Sequence record: OQ992557.1
Direction: 5' to 3' (one strand)
DNA from: Pseudomonas phage Chuck
Length of the DNA: 61,365 nt
Of this stretch, positions 15,990-26,054 are shown one piece after another; position 1 is the first letter of the stretch; each line of letters starts with the position of its first letter. A program made the position numbers and the translations under genes. The notes beneath the pieces were generated by a model, which saw only the letters and a list, made by a program, of their open reading frames with translations, was not told where the DNA came from and made no database searches.

Positions 15990-18401
15990 TCAGAATGGCG
16001 GCTTGTCCGACTTCGGGCCGTCCTTCAGAGGCTCCTGGGTCGGTTCGACCTTGGGCCAATCGAACGGGCCGCCAAAGTTCTTGTCCCAGTGCGCCCGGAC
16101 CTGCTCCAGCGGCGGGAGGTGGTACATGTACACGCGCTTCTTGATCATCACCTCGAAGCCGTGTTCATTGGTCCATGGAATCTCCGCCATTTCCTGCTTC
16201 GACTGCGGCCAGCCGTCCGGGAAGGCCCGGGCAAGCCACTTGCCGAAGCCGGTGCGACTCATGCGGAAGTTTCGGCCCTGGTCGCGGAGGTCGTTCACGT
16301 AGTCGTCATACAAGCTGTCCTTCACCACCTTGTTCCGCCATTCCTGGTCGGTCTTGAGCAACCGACCTTCCCACAGCTTCTCATACATCCACTGGGTTTC
16401 CGGCGACATGCTCATGATCTTCTGGTCCTGGAGGGCGCGGGTCTGGGGAACCTGGCGGACCTCATAGTTGGACAAGTCATAGGTGAGGAGGAAGTGGAGG
16501 AGGTGTTCCAGGCCACCGTTGTCCAGATCGTCCTTGATGCGCTTGAAATAGGCGTGGTCCTGCTTGTGGCCCTCGCCCACCTCCATGACGAAGAACCGGC
16601 GCTCATCCAGACCCGCGGGCACCACCCAATCTTCGTTCGAGGCGAGGACCAGGTGGACATAGTTCGGGGCCGCTTCCGCGTCCACGCCCTTGCCCTCGAT
16701 CACCAGGTGTTCTTCGGTCACGAGGGTCTTGAGCACGCTTTCGTGCTTCTTGTCCCCGGCGAAGAAAGCCTCATCACCGAACAGCAGGACGGTATCGCGG
16801 AGGTGGGCGTTGAAGGAGCCCACCAGGTGCTTCGAGTCGCTGACTTGGAGGTAGTGACGCCCGAACATCGCGCCCAGGACCTTGGCGAAGAAGGACTTGC
16901 CGGTGCCGCGGCGACCGCGGAGGACCACGGCCACTTCGCCCGGGCCGTCCGGGTGCTGGACCATCCGCGCCATCCACCCGACCAGGTAGTGGTAGTGCTC
17001 CGGGTTCCCTGAGCAGACGTTGTCGCGGATGTGGTTCAGGAAGGGCATGTGCTTCTCGCCCGGGAGGGAGTCGCACGCGAACCCGCGCCAGAGGTTGTAG
17101 GCTTCTTCGACCTCCTGGCCGGGGGCAAACACGATGGTCTCATATTGGCGGCGCTGAGGGTGATCAATCCAGAAGGCTCCCGCGGCCTTCTCGATGGGCT
17201 TGCCCTCCTCCGAGTGCCCAACCACCACCTTGATGTGACGGTAGCGGTTGCGGAAGTCCTCGAAGGACTGCTTGCTGATTTTGGTCCGCTTCATCGCCGG
17301 GTCCCAGACCTCGCTGATGATGCGGCACTTCCCGCCGATGTCTGCGATGACGGCGTGCTTCTCGTTGAGCTTGCGCAGCCAAGGGTCCACCGCCTCCTCG
17401 TGGGCGCGTTCGATCTGCCGCAGGGCGTAGCCTTCCCAGTTCGGCTTGTCTCTGACGCTCGCGGCGATTTCGTTGGAGCCCGTGATCACCGCGAAGATCA
17501 TTTCATCAGGGACCTCCGCCCGCACGAGGTCGCAGCAGACCTTGAACAGGGCTTCCGACCGGGAGGGGTACTTGGTCGGGTCCAGCGGGTCCTGCCCAGT
17601 AGCAATCAGCGCCAGCACGTGGTCGCTGATAGCCTTCCCGTGCTCATGGGCCCACTCCCGCAACTCCTCCGTTCCGATGTCCGGGACGTTGCCCGTGATC
17701 TTCACCTTCGGACGGCCCCCGGCAAGGCCCTGCTCCGCCATCTGGACTCGAACCGCGGGGGTGAATTGTTCGATGGGATAGCTGGCGTCATTCCACTCCA
17801 CGAGACGGGCGAGGGTCGGCTGGCGACCCTTCTTGACCTTCTTCGCGGTGGGCATGTTGATCGTGCCCGGGAGGCGCATGATGCGGTCCACGTTGTGGCA
17901 GTGGTCCGCCTGAAACACCTTCTCCAGCTGGATGTTGTACGCTTCCAGCTCCTGAGCCTTCGCCACCGATCCGGCGATGTCCAGCTTGTCGGACGGGCTC
18001 AGACGCCAAAAGCCCTGATAACCCCCGCCCGAGTCGATGATGACCGTGGGCTTGGGCGTGTAGGACTGGAGCAGCTTCAGCGCCCGCGCCCGCTCCTCCT
18101 CGAAGTCCTCCCCGGCTCGCGGGTCGATGTCCACGTGAAGCCACGCGAGGCGGGCCATGTCCTCCTTCGAGGCTTTCACGTCCATCGCCCGGCGGACCGG
18201 GTTCACGTGGAAGTACAGGTTGCGCTTGCCCTGATGCCCTTCGATCCACTCCGCGGCTTTCTGCCAGCGGTCGGGCATGAATGTGACCGTCTCCGTTTTC
18301 CCGTCCGGGATGATGGCCGTCAGGACCCACGGCCCCTCCGGGCACCACTTCTTCAGGAAGTCGATTGCGTCCTTGGTCTTGTGTTTCGGCAGTTCCGCCA
18401 T
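15990..18401 (-). CDS. bifunctional primase-polymerase / SF3 (D5-like) helicase
   Basis: N-terminal prim-pol region (WLHVDIDP), central D5_N-like region, P-loop VLRGRRGTGKSFFAKVLG. Confidence 0.85.
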   Translation of the reverse strand: MAELPKHKTKDAIDFLKKWCPEGPWVLTAIIPDGKTETVTFMPDRWQKAAEWIEGHQGKRNLYFHVNPVRRAMDVKASKEDMARLAWLHVDIDPRAGEDFEEERARALKLLQSYTPKPTVIIDSGGGYQGFWRLSPSDKLDIAGSVAKAQELEAYNIQLEKVFQADHCHNVDRIMRLPGTINMPTAKKVKKGRQPTLARLVEWNDASYPIEQFTPAVRVQMAEQGLAGGRPKVKITGNVPDIGTEELREWAHEHGKAISDHVLALIATGQDPLDPTKYPSRSEALFKVCCDLVRAEVPDEMIFAVITGSNEIAASVRDKPNWEGYALRQIERAHEEAVDPWLRKLNEKHAVIADIGGKCRIISEVWDPAMKRTKISKQSFEDFRNRYRHIKVVVGHSEEGKPIEKAAGAFWIDHPQRRQYETIVFAPGQEVEEAYNLWRGFACDSLPGEKHMPFLNHIRDNVCSGNPEHYHYLVGWMARMVQHPDGPGEVAVVLRGRRGTGKSFFAKVLGAMFGRHYLQVSDSKHLVGSFNAHLRDTVLLFGDEAFFAGDKKHESVLKTLVTEEHLVIEGKGVDAEAAPNYVHLVLASNEDWVVPAGLDERRFFVMEVGEGHKQDHAYFKRIKDDLDNGGLEHLLHFLLTYDLSNYEVRQVPQTRALQDQKIMSMSPETQWMYEKLWEGRLLKTDQEWRNKVVKDSLYDDYVNDLRDQGRNFRMSRTGFGKWLARAFPDGWPQSKQEMAEIPWTNEHGFEVMIKKRVYMYHLPPLEQVRAHWDKNFGGPFDWPKVEPTQEPLKDGPKSDKPPF

Positions 18402-18413
18402 TTCCGATCCCCC

Positions 18414-18740
18414 TCAAAAGCCCCAATATTCACGAAGGCGCTCAACCGGCGCTTTCCCGTCCTCCATCTGGATGACCCAGAGGCGAGTGCAGCCCAGAGC
18501 GGCGGCGATTTCGCGCTGGGTCTTACCCGAGCGGCGGCGGAACAGCAAGCAGACCTCGTGGGGCTTCAGTTGTCCGAGGTGCTGGCGCGGTTGATCGTCC
18601 AGGCGGCGGTCCGCTTCCCATTCACGGTAGCGGTCCGGGTGCACCCCGTACTCCTTCGCGGCCTCAATCTGATTGAGACCCTTGCGGCGGCGGTGTAGCA
18701 GTAGGCTTTCGCCTTTGGTTGGTGTCACTGTAGCAGACAT
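18414..18740 (-). CDS. helix-turn-helix DNA-binding protein (108 aa, two HTH-like segments)
   Basis: ATG 18740; LNQIEAAKEYGV and KTQREIAAALGCTRLWV. Confidence 0.5.
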   Translation of the reverse strand: MSATVTPTKGESLLLHRRRKGLNQIEAAKEYGVHPDRYREWEADRRLDDQPRQHLGQLKPHEVCLLFRRRSGKTQREIAAALGCTRLWVIQMEDGKAPVERLREYWGF

Positions 18741-19123
18741 GTACAAATCTCCTTGGTTCTTGGAAGGCGTGTCCAACGTGCGACACAGACCTCATACAGG
18801 CGTTCTCGCGGAACCCGGCCCAGCATAGCAGCGGCCACCGCTCCATCGAATAGCAACCACTCCGTCTCCCCGACCTTCAGCAGAAGGAAGGCCCGGCCCC
18901 CGGCCTTGCGGCGACGGGTCAGCCAGGTCCTCTGCTGGCGGGTGAAGTGGTCCACTCGAAGCGGTCCGCCCCTGGGCGGCCAGCGTTCAGCGAACTTCAA
19001 TTCAATCCAGCCCTGGTTGTAGTTCACGTCCGGGGTCCCGGGCACAATGGGGTTCTCCACGCGCACCGGGTCCAGCGACCGGATGACGGGGCGGAGGGAG
19101 TCCCACATTGCGGCTTCAGACAT
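18725..19123 (-). CDS. PD-(D/E)xK family nuclease (VRR-NUC-like)
   Basis: GTPDVNY...GWIELK motif. Confidence 0.5.
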   Translation of the reverse strand: MSEAAMWDSLRPVIRSLDPVRVENPIVPGTPDVNYNQGWIELKFAERWPPRGGPLRVDHFTRQQRTWLTRRRKAGGRAFLLLKVGETEWLLFDGAVAAAMLGRVPRERLYEVCVARWTRLPRTKEICTCLLQ

Positions 19124-19577
19124 CTACCCACCTCACTTCGATGTTGTAACGGCGGGCGACTTCCAAAGCCTCATCAATGCGTTGATTCCACTCAGCAACC
19201 CACCCCGGATCGCGGCCCGAGTAGTCGATGCCCGGGAAGGCGACCCGCTTCACGCCCGCCTTCCCCGCGGCCTCCATACAGTTCGGACAGCAGGGGAAAG
19301 AAGTATAGAGCGTGAAGCCAGTCGCAGGCGAGCCCAGAAAGTTGAGTGCATTGACCTCTGCGTGAACAACGTGCTGGTACTTGTACCCGCGGTCAGCGTA
19401 CAGCTCCGGCGAGTCATCGTGCCCGGGCGGGAAGCCGTTGAACCCGGTCGAAGCCACGCTGTTGTTGGGCCGAACCAGGACGGCTCCGACCTTCGTGGAA
19501 GGGTCCTTGCTCCAGCCCGCGACGTGTTGGGCCAGCCCAACATAGCGGCGGTCCCAGCGGTCTTGACGTTCGCTCAT
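19116..19577 (-). CDS. dCMP deaminase
   Basis: HAEVNAL and PCCPNC zinc-binding motifs; GGAGGAGGTG RBS. Confidence 0.85.
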   Translation of the reverse strand: MSERQDRWDRRYVGLAQHVAGWSKDPSTKVGAVLVRPNNSVASTGFNGFPPGHDDSPELYADRGYKYQHVVHAEVNALNFLGSPATGFTLYTSFPCCPNCMEAAGKAGVKRVAFPGIDYSGRDPGWVAEWNQRIDEALEVARRYNIEVRWVDV

Positions 19578-19771
19578 TTCACCTCCTCCCCCTTCAGCAA
19601 AACCTTCTGGGCGACGTTCCCGAGGAAGTAACCGCCCAGCAGGAGCCAGGTCAAGGACTCGAAGGCGTCCACCGGCAACTTGCCCATATACAGGAGCCAG
19701 ACCAGGACCGCCTCCCAGATCATCGCCGCCCAGAACTTCCGGGAGGTCCAGCGCACGGCGATGTCGTTCAT
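19574..19771 (-). CDS. small two-TM membrane protein (65 aa)
   Basis: ATG 19771; WAAMIWEAVLVWLLY and LTWLLLGGYFLG hydrophobic spans. Confidence 0.45.
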   Translation of the reverse strand: MNDIAVRWTSRKFWAAMIWEAVLVWLLYMGKLPVDAFESLTWLLLGGYFLGNVAQKVLLKGEEVK

Positions 19772-20082
19772 ATCAGCCCCTTCTCGTTGGCGATCCATTC
19801 GGTGACGGTCAGGGTCGCTGTGCGGCCCTTCTTCTCGACCGCACGGACCTGTGACTTGGGCATCCAGACTTCCTCCTCACCGCCGTGGTCGATGAGGTAT
19901 GCCTTGTCTGTCTCGCGCTTGATGACCACTTCGAGGTCCACGGTGTTGTCGTTGCTGCGGCGCATATCGTTCTCCAGGGGTTCGCCCCGGACTTCCTCCG
20001 GGGTCAAGCGGGTACACTTTGCGCAGCGTGCGTCCGCAAACAAGTAAGTGACCTGCGCGTCACATTGATAGCAGAACTTCAT
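19768..20082 (-). CDS. hypothetical zinc-ribbon protein (104 aa)
   Basis: ATG 20082 (MKFCYQCDA...CAKC), coupled to the DNA polymerase stop. Confidence 0.5.
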   Translation of the reverse strand: MKFCYQCDAQVTYLFADARCAKCTRLTPEEVRGEPLENDMRRSNDNTVDLEVVIKRETDKAYLIDHGGEEEVWMPKSQVRAVEKKGRTATLTVTEWIANEKGLI

Positions 20083-22073
20083 GATGGCGGGTTCCCGTCC
20101 CAGCCCATGGAATGACCCCAGCTCTGCCCAATCTCCACGTCCACCTTTGACGGGAGTTCGAGCGGCGTACACGTCCGCATGATGTGGGCGGCTTCCGCGG
20201 CCTCCTTCATGTCGTGTACGCTGAAGGCGATCTCATCGTGGACCTGGATGATGATGTCCAGTCCGGCTTCCGCGCAGGCCACCATCGCCATCTTGGTCTG
20301 GTCCGCGGAGGAGCCCTGAATCAGCCGGTTCAGTCCCTTGTGGGTCCAGTCATAGTTCCCGTCCTTGTCCTTCGGGAAGCGGCAACGGCGACCGCTCAGG
20401 GTCGTGATGTAGCCCACGGCCTTCGCCCGGGCTTCGCAAGCCTTCGCCAGCTTCTTGATGAACGGCACCTTGTGGTCGAAGGTGTCCAGGAGGGCCTGAC
20501 CCTCCGGCCCCGCGGCCTCGAACCTCCGCGCCCCTTCCGCGACCAGGCGCTGACCCTCCGGGCTGTTCACGTCGAACAGCTGGAAGCGGGGGCCGCGCAC
20601 GGCCATCATAGTCGGGAGCCCGAGCTTGCGGCACATCTTCGCCCCGCCCATCCCGTAGGACAGGCCCAGGTAGATTTCCTTGGCGTCCTTGCGCTTGATC
20701 CCCGCCATGTCCGCCATCATCTGGTGGTTGTCGGTGTTCGGGTCGTTGCGGTACTTGTCCCGGGCTTCGATTGCGGACAGCCAGGCTTGGTGCCCAATCA
20801 GGTCCTTCGCCAAGCAGGCGTAGTGGACCGCCATGCGCGGCTCCTGCTGGCTGTAGTCGTTGGACGCCCAGTGTTGGCCTTCCTCCGGGAGGTAGATGGC
20901 CCGCCACATCATGGCGAACTCATCCCGAGCCGGTTGCTGCTGGAGGTTCGGGTGTTCGCTGGACAGTCGCCCGTAGGCAGCGCCCGCGGTCCCGTCGCTT
21001 TCGTCATCCTTCTGGCGGCGGAGCTGGTTGAACGTCCCGTGGAGGCGACCGTTCACCATGTGGTCCTTGACGGACTGGGCGAAGGTGGTGCGCAGCTTGT
21101 TCACCTTCCGGGCACGTTCGAGGAGGTCCGCCACGGGGTGGTCGATTGAGCCCAGCAGCTCCTTGTCGATGTTGGGCTTGCCCTGGGAGGTCTTGTTCAG
21201 CTTGATCCCGATATGTTCGAGGGCCGGGGCGATCACCTCCGGCTTCCAGACATCGCCCACGGCGATCCGGTGGCCGGTGATCGACCGGACTTGGGCCAGG
21301 GCCTCCGTCTCCTTCTCCAGCGCCCAACGCTCAATCATGTCCAGGCGGTCGCAGTCGATTCGGACGCCCCGGCGGCGAAGGCCCGTGAGGATCGGGAGCA
21401 GCTTGGACTCCAGATTGTACACGCCCCAGAGGTCCTGATCATCAATCTCCCGCTCCTGACGGCGGAGGATGTTCAGAGGCAGGCGCGTGTCCTCCTCCGC
21501 GTACTTCCCGACAAACTTGGCCGGGAGCATCCACATGTCCTTCTTCGGGTCAATCCCATAATCGACCGCGGCGGCGCGCAGCAGGGCTTCGTCCTTGCCG
21601 TGGAAGCCCCACCGCTCCGCGATAGCTTGCATGCTGTAGCTGTCATGGAGTTCGCAGATCAGCGGGTCAGCGATCTGGATGTCACGGAAGTAGCGGACCC
21701 GCTCGAACTCGATGCCGTCCCCGGCGAGGAAGTCCAGGTCATACGGGAGGTTGGCCCCCACGAGGTCGCCGGTGAACACCTTTGCCTGGGCGCGGAGGTA
21801 GGCCAGCACGCCCTCCAGCGGGAGGTTGCCCCCGCCTTCGTGTCTGATGGGCAAGTACCCGCCCGGGCCGTCCTCGATTGCGAAGCTGATGCCGGTGATG
21901 TAGCTGTTCGGGCGACGGCCCGCCCCCGGCCCCAGCTTCTTGAGGTCCGGGTCCCGCGTCTCGCAGTCGATGGCGACCCGCTTGGCCCCCTCCCACGAGG
22001 GGAGGGTGTTGAGGTCCGGGGCCACCCAGTCGCTGGAGACGGTCGTGAACAGGGGTGGTTGGAGGTATGACAT
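20079..22073 (-). CDS. family A DNA polymerase with N-terminal 3'-5' exonuclease
   Basis: Exo motif VAIDCET; polymerase motif A NDYSQQEPRM; motif B RKDAKEIYLGLSYGMG; motif C QVHDEI. Confidence 0.9.
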   Translation of the reverse strand: MSYLQPPLFTTVSSDWVAPDLNTLPSWEGAKRVAIDCETRDPDLKKLGPGAGRRPNSYITGISFAIEDGPGGYLPIRHEGGGNLPLEGVLAYLRAQAKVFTGDLVGANLPYDLDFLAGDGIEFERVRYFRDIQIADPLICELHDSYSMQAIAERWGFHGKDEALLRAAAVDYGIDPKKDMWMLPAKFVGKYAEEDTRLPLNILRRQEREIDDQDLWGVYNLESKLLPILTGLRRRGVRIDCDRLDMIERWALEKETEALAQVRSITGHRIAVGDVWKPEVIAPALEHIGIKLNKTSQGKPNIDKELLGSIDHPVADLLERARKVNKLRTTFAQSVKDHMVNGRLHGTFNQLRRQKDDESDGTAGAAYGRLSSEHPNLQQQPARDEFAMMWRAIYLPEEGQHWASNDYSQQEPRMAVHYACLAKDLIGHQAWLSAIEARDKYRNDPNTDNHQMMADMAGIKRKDAKEIYLGLSYGMGGAKMCRKLGLPTMMAVRGPRFQLFDVNSPEGQRLVAEGARRFEAAGPEGQALLDTFDHKVPFIKKLAKACEARAKAVGYITTLSGRRCRFPKDKDGNYDWTHKGLNRLIQGSSADQTKMAMVACAEAGLDIIIQVHDEIAFSVHDMKEAAEAAHIMRTCTPLELPSKVDVEIGQSWGHSMGWDGNPPS

Positions 22074-22459
22074 CAGGCTCCGACCTCCGCAATCATCTTG
22101 CGCAGGAGGTTCAGGGCCGCGGTCAGCTCCGGGTCGGACTCCCAGAAGGTGAGGATGCGGACCACTTCGGCTTCGTCCTCCGTCAGCCCGTTCGCGGCGG
22201 CGAAGGCGTCCGGGGTAATGACCACGGGGGCGGAGCGGGGCAGCAGGACCCCGTTGCGGTACAGGTCCTGGACCTTCTCCACGTAGTGGATCGCCTTCTC
22301 AAGGTCCTGGCGCGGGTCCTCGTGCTTCTTGCGGTTGCGGGTCGCGTACTTGGTCGCGCAGCCTTCGGTGTAGCGGAGGCCGTTCAGCTCCACGTAGTCC
22401 CAGTGTTGAACGGGCGAGCGGTAGTGCTCACCGCCCACTTGCTTTTCGTTCACGCTCAT
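22073..22459 (-). CDS. DUF3310-like phage protein (128 aa)
   Basis: GGEHY...HWDY...YTEGCATKY signature. Confidence 0.45.
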   Translation of the reverse strand: MSVNEKQVGGEHYRSPVQHWDYVELNGLRYTEGCATKYATRNRKKHEDPRQDLEKAIHYVEKVQDLYRNGVLLPRSAPVVITPDAFAAANGLTEDEAEVVRILTFWESDPELTAALNLLRKMIAEVGA

Positions 22460-22655
22460 CTTGTAACTCCTTCGTCAGTTCCCGGAGCCGGAGTGTCTGC
22501 TGGCGGTACAAGTACCCAAAACACCCGTGCTCCCCGTTCATCATATCTGTATGGACCTTGCGGAGGTGCGCAGCGAGTTCTTCCACCGTGTCGAAGGCGT
22601 AGAACTTCAGCTGCGGGTCCTCCGCCCAATCACGTCGCAGCTTCTCCAAGTCCAT
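22428..22655 (-). CDS. hypothetical protein (75 aa)
   Basis: Compact ORF in the operon. Confidence 0.4.
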   Translation of the reverse strand: MDLEKLRRDWAEDPQLKFYAFDTVEELAAHLRKVHTDMMNGEHGCFGYLYRQQTLRLRELTKELQDERERKASGR

Positions 22656-23265
22656 CGCGCACCACCTCCTCGAAGAAGTCCGAGAGACGGCGATGCGGCT
22701 GGTGCTTCGCTGCCACGTAGAAGGCGCGGACGGGTTCGGGCAGGCTACCCTCCAGGCCCCGCTTCTCCGTCACCGCCTCGCATGCCCTCCGCATGGCCGT
22801 GACCGCTTCGTTGCCCAGGGCTTCTTCCTCCCGGCACCACAGCCACAGTTCGAGGGTGTCCACGGCCTTCAACCAGTCCTCCTCGTCAGGGAGAAGGCCC
22901 GGGAGCAGGCCCAGGGTCGCCAGCACGCGGCGTTCCGCCTCCTCATACACCTTCCCGAGTTCGGAGTGGGTCCACTTCGCCGGGGCCGGGATGTCGCCCA
23001 ACCAACGCTCCGCGCAGTCGTGCCACTGGACCGCCTTGATCAGGTTCAGCGACGGGTGCGGGTGGAGCAGCAGCAGGAGGCTCACGGCCCCGTAGCTGTG
23101 CTGGGCGATGTTGTACTGACCGTGGTGCGGGACGATGTGGCACCGGCGGACCGTCCCGGCCTCCCGGGTCGCGGCGATCCGGGTCAGGAGCGGGCGGGCG
23201 GCGCGGCGGTTCAGCTCCTCCGCCTCGCGCTCCTCGTCATGAATCTTGCTCATCAGGCTTCCCAT
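22630..23265 (-). CDS. HD-domain phosphohydrolase (YfbR-like 5'-deoxynucleotidase; candidate dTMP/dNMP phosphatase)
   Basis: H...HD...D motif: AQHSYGAVSLLLLLHP...AVQWHDCAERWLGD. Confidence 0.6.
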   Translation of the reverse strand: MGSLMSKIHDEEREAEELNRRAARPLLTRIAATREAGTVRRCHIVPHHGQYNIAQHSYGAVSLLLLLHPHPSLNLIKAVQWHDCAERWLGDIPAPAKWTHSELGKVYEEAERRVLATLGLLPGLLPDEEDWLKAVDTLELWLWCREEEALGNEAVTAMRRACEAVTEKRGLEGSLPEPVRAFYVAAKHQPHRRLSDFFEEVVRDGLGEAAT

Positions 23266-23277
23266 TGTTGCGTCTCC

Positions 23278-24423
23278 TCACTCATATGCCACGCCATCGT
23301 CCATCGCCCGGGCCTTGCGGGCCTCGAAGGCGGCGCGGCGGCGTTCGATCCATTCCACCCCGGCCAGCTTCCAGTCGGTGGCGGCGACGTTGTCCAGCTC
23401 CGCCAAGGCGGCGTCAAAGCGGGAGGGGTTGGAGGTCTGCTTGAAAGCCTTGTGGGCCTTCAGCATCGGGATCGCCACGCGACGGAAGAACGGGTCACGG
23501 AAGCCCACGGCGTCCGGCTCGCTCAGGAACATCATCAGCTCCTGGTTCCACTCCTCCGGGTCCGTGGACATCAGCGGGTACGGCTCCGCGATCCCGGCGG
23601 CGTAGGGGTCGGGCGTCTCCTTCCCGGTCATCGGGTTGGCGGCGAGGTCCGCGAGCGGGGCGACCTTGTCCAGCACCTCCTCATAGGCGTGGAAGTTGGC
23701 GCTGACTTGGCGGTAGATGCCTTGTTCAACCCCGACACTCCGGGCGACGTACTCATGGAGGTAGCTGAAATGGACCGCGTTGGCCCCGTAGGCTCCCCAG
23801 ATCAGGTCGTTGGAGCGGTTGGTCACGGTCATGTCCAGGCGACCGTCGCAGGCGATCTGGAAGATGGCCTGAAGGTTGCAGGGGAGGTCCTTGCCTTGGC
23901 GGCCCAGGTCCGCGTCCGCGTCCCACATCGACAGAACCTGGCGGCGGTCATCGCGGTTCGCCTTCAGGGCGGCGATGATCTTGGGCAGCTGGTCCTCGAA
24001 GAAGTGCTGGCGCCAGCGGAAGCCGTAGGCCCCGTGGAATGTCAGGCCGTCATCCGAGTAGCTGTGCATGCGATCCACGAAGCGGGCGACGTACTCCACG
24101 TCATTGCGTCCGCCCAGCATCCAGAGGCTTTCCATCAGGTGGAAGAAGGGGTTGGCGTCCCGTTCCACCCAGAACAGCACGCGCTCCGCCGGGCGGAGGT
24201 ACACGGTGGTGACGGGTTCCGGGAACATGAACACGGGGCCGTTGCGCGAGTCGCGGCGGACGCCCTCGAAGGACAGTTGATACAGGGCCTCCGGGAGGGC
24301 CTGTTGTACGTTGCGGGTCTTGATGACTTTCATTTCTTGTTGAACTCCACGAAGATGACGTTGCCGGTCCGGCGAAGGACGCGGGGGCGAGGGAGCCAGA
24401 CCAACCACCAGCTCCAGTACCAC
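23278..24423 (-). CDS. thymidylate synthase (ThyA) family enzyme with diverged active site and about 100-aa C-terminal extension; predicted dUMP hydroxymethyltransferase or divergent TS
   Basis: Alignable to E. coli ThyA across the fold (ESLWML vs ELLWFL, RRQVLSMWD vs RRIIVSAWN). The catalytic PCH is PCN, QRSCD is NRSND, and GLPFNIASY is GAYGANAVHFSY. Confidence 0.75.
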   Translation of the reverse strand: MVLELVVGLAPSPPRPSPDRQRHLRGVQQEMKVIKTRNVQQALPEALYQLSFEGVRRDSRNGPVFMFPEPVTTVYLRPAERVLFWVERDANPFFHLMESLWMLGGRNDVEYVARFVDRMHSYSDDGLTFHGAYGFRWRQHFFEDQLPKIIAALKANRDDRRQVLSMWDADADLGRQGKDLPCNLQAIFQIACDGRLDMTVTNRSNDLIWGAYGANAVHFSYLHEYVARSVGVEQGIYRQVSANFHAYEEVLDKVAPLADLAANPMTGKETPDPYAAGIAEPYPLMSTDPEEWNQELMMFLSEPDAVGFRDPFFRRVAIPMLKAHKAFKQTSNPSRFDAALAELDNVAATDWKLAGVEWIERRRAAFEARKARAMDDGVAYE

Positions 24424-24455
24424 CAGAACGGCGAGAAGATCATGGCCCCCTCCTG

Positions 24456-25016
24456 TTAAGCCGAAGCGGTCTGAGGAGGAAGGCCCAGGCGGGCGTTCAG
24501 GTCCTTGATCGGCAGCGCGATAGCCCGGGACGGCGATTCAACCGCGAAGGGGCGGGCGAACTGCTCCACCTCCGGCCAGACCTGAATCAGCTTGTTGACC
24601 GTGGTCACGCTTTCGAGGACGGCCCAGGCTCCGGTCTTGGCCTCCTCCCGCTCGCGCTTGAACTGGGCGCGGTCCTTCAGGTAGGTGCGCAGCTTCTCGC
24701 CCAGCGGGTGGTCCGCGTTATAGACCTTGCCGGGGTTCGAGGCCCAGCAATCGGCCACGCGCTTCTTCTCCGGGAGGTCCAGCGAGTGGTAGGACTCCCC
24801 AACCACCTGGACGCGGATGTTGCTGCGGACTTCGAGGAAGCCGTTGGGCAGGGCGTACATGTGGGCGCGGACCGCTTCCGGGTACAGGTCGTTGTAGAAC
24901 TCCAGCGCCAGCTCCTTCTCGCGGGCGTCCAGGGCCTTCTCGCGGTCGGAGAAGGAGTGGGCGAGGATCGCGTCACGGACCTGCTCGCGGATGTAATTGG
25001 ACAGACGTACAGCCAT
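24456..25016 (-). CDS. hypothetical protein (186 aa) inside the modification cluster
   Basis: ATG 25016 with GGAGAA RBS. Confidence 0.5.
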   Translation of the reverse strand: MAVRLSNYIREQVRDAILAHSFSDREKALDAREKELALEFYNDLYPEAVRAHMYALPNGFLEVRSNIRVQVVGESYHSLDLPEKKRVADCWASNPGKVYNADHPLGEKLRTYLKDRAQFKREREEAKTGAWAVLESVTTVNKLIQVWPEVEQFARPFAVESPSRAIALPIKDLNARLGLPPQTASA

Positions 25017-25071
25017 GATGGTTTCTCCATTTCGTTGGTGCCGCCGGAATGGTCCGGCGGCGGGGTTTCGA

Positions 25072-26043
25072 TCATGCGAGGGTGGTTGCCTTGCGCCAGT
25101 CATACTTCGAGCGCATCTTGCCTTCGTTCAGGCGCACGCGCTCATACTTGTCGAACTCGCACAGCGTGTGTTCGATGTCCCGGGCCTCGAACCGCGGCCC
25201 CACGTGCGGGCTCCCGAGCTGCGGCGGTCCGAAGGTTTCGTTGAAGCCCCGGGCGTCCAGGGCGTTCAGCTCCTGCATCAGCTCGATCATTTCCGCGTTC
25301 GTCTGCTCCGGGCGGGGCTTCGCGGCGAGGTCGCGCCCGTACAGGCGGTTGAGCCCGCGGATCGCCCCGGGACCGGCGTTGGCCCAAGCCCAGATGTCCG
25401 GGGCGTTGCGCAGGTAGCGGGTGTGGCGGAGGTCGGTCACCACCTCATAGGCCATGAACGGACCCCAGCCGACGTAGCGGTGCTGCTGGAACTTCTCCCA
25501 GACGGTTTCGAGCCGGTTGAAGGACCGGAGGACGCCCGGAGTGGTTTCCAGCATCCGCTGCCATTCCTCGCGGTCCTCCCAGAGACGGCCCAGGACAATC
25601 TCCGCGATGTAGCGGTGCTTGGTCCAGCTGTACCACTCCTTGGAGGGGTCGGACTCCGCGCGGATCATGTAGGCTCCGGTGTACACCTTATCGCCGCGGA
25701 CGGCGCGGTGCTCCAGAGCGGTCGTGAGCCAGGAAGGCTCGAAGTCAGGGTTGTCGGGCCACTGCTTGGTCTGGATCAGCTCCGCGAGGGTATCCGGCCA
25801 GTTGATGTAGCGGGCGATGGCGAGCATGAACCAGAGGTGCGGGTGGTCCGCGTAGGGCTGACGGATATGCTTGTCAATCCAGATCGTCACGGTGTCCAGC
25901 TCGCGGAAGATGTTGCAGAACCGCCCATCACGCAGAACCGGGTCCGCGGTCCAGGGTCCGGGCTTCCCGGCCTTGCGGTCCAGGTAGATGTCGTGACGGG
26001 CCTTCATGAAGGCGGCGATGTCGTTGATGCGCGGGGTGGTCAT
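25072..26043 (-). CDS. aGPT-pyrophosphorylase-like protein (putative amino acid / polyamine:5-phosphomethyl-dU transferase), paralog 1
   Basis: 324 aa from ATG 26043 (MTTPRINDIAAF...). The motif FCNIFRELDTVTIW is the kind I associate with this family. Family assignment rests mainly on size and context. Confidence 0.45.
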   Translation of the reverse strand: MTTPRINDIAAFMKARHDIYLDRKAGKPGPWTADPVLRDGRFCNIFRELDTVTIWIDKHIRQPYADHPHLWFMLAIARYINWPDTLAELIQTKQWPDNPDFEPSWLTTALEHRAVRGDKVYTGAYMIRAESDPSKEWYSWTKHRYIAEIVLGRLWEDREEWQRMLETTPGVLRSFNRLETVWEKFQQHRYVGWGPFMAYEVVTDLRHTRYLRNAPDIWAWANAGPGAIRGLNRLYGRDLAAKPRPEQTNAEMIELMQELNALDARGFNETFGPPQLGSPHVGPRFEARDIEHTLCEFDKYERVRLNEGKMRSKYDWRKATTLA

Positions 26044-26054
26044 AGTCGGGGTCC

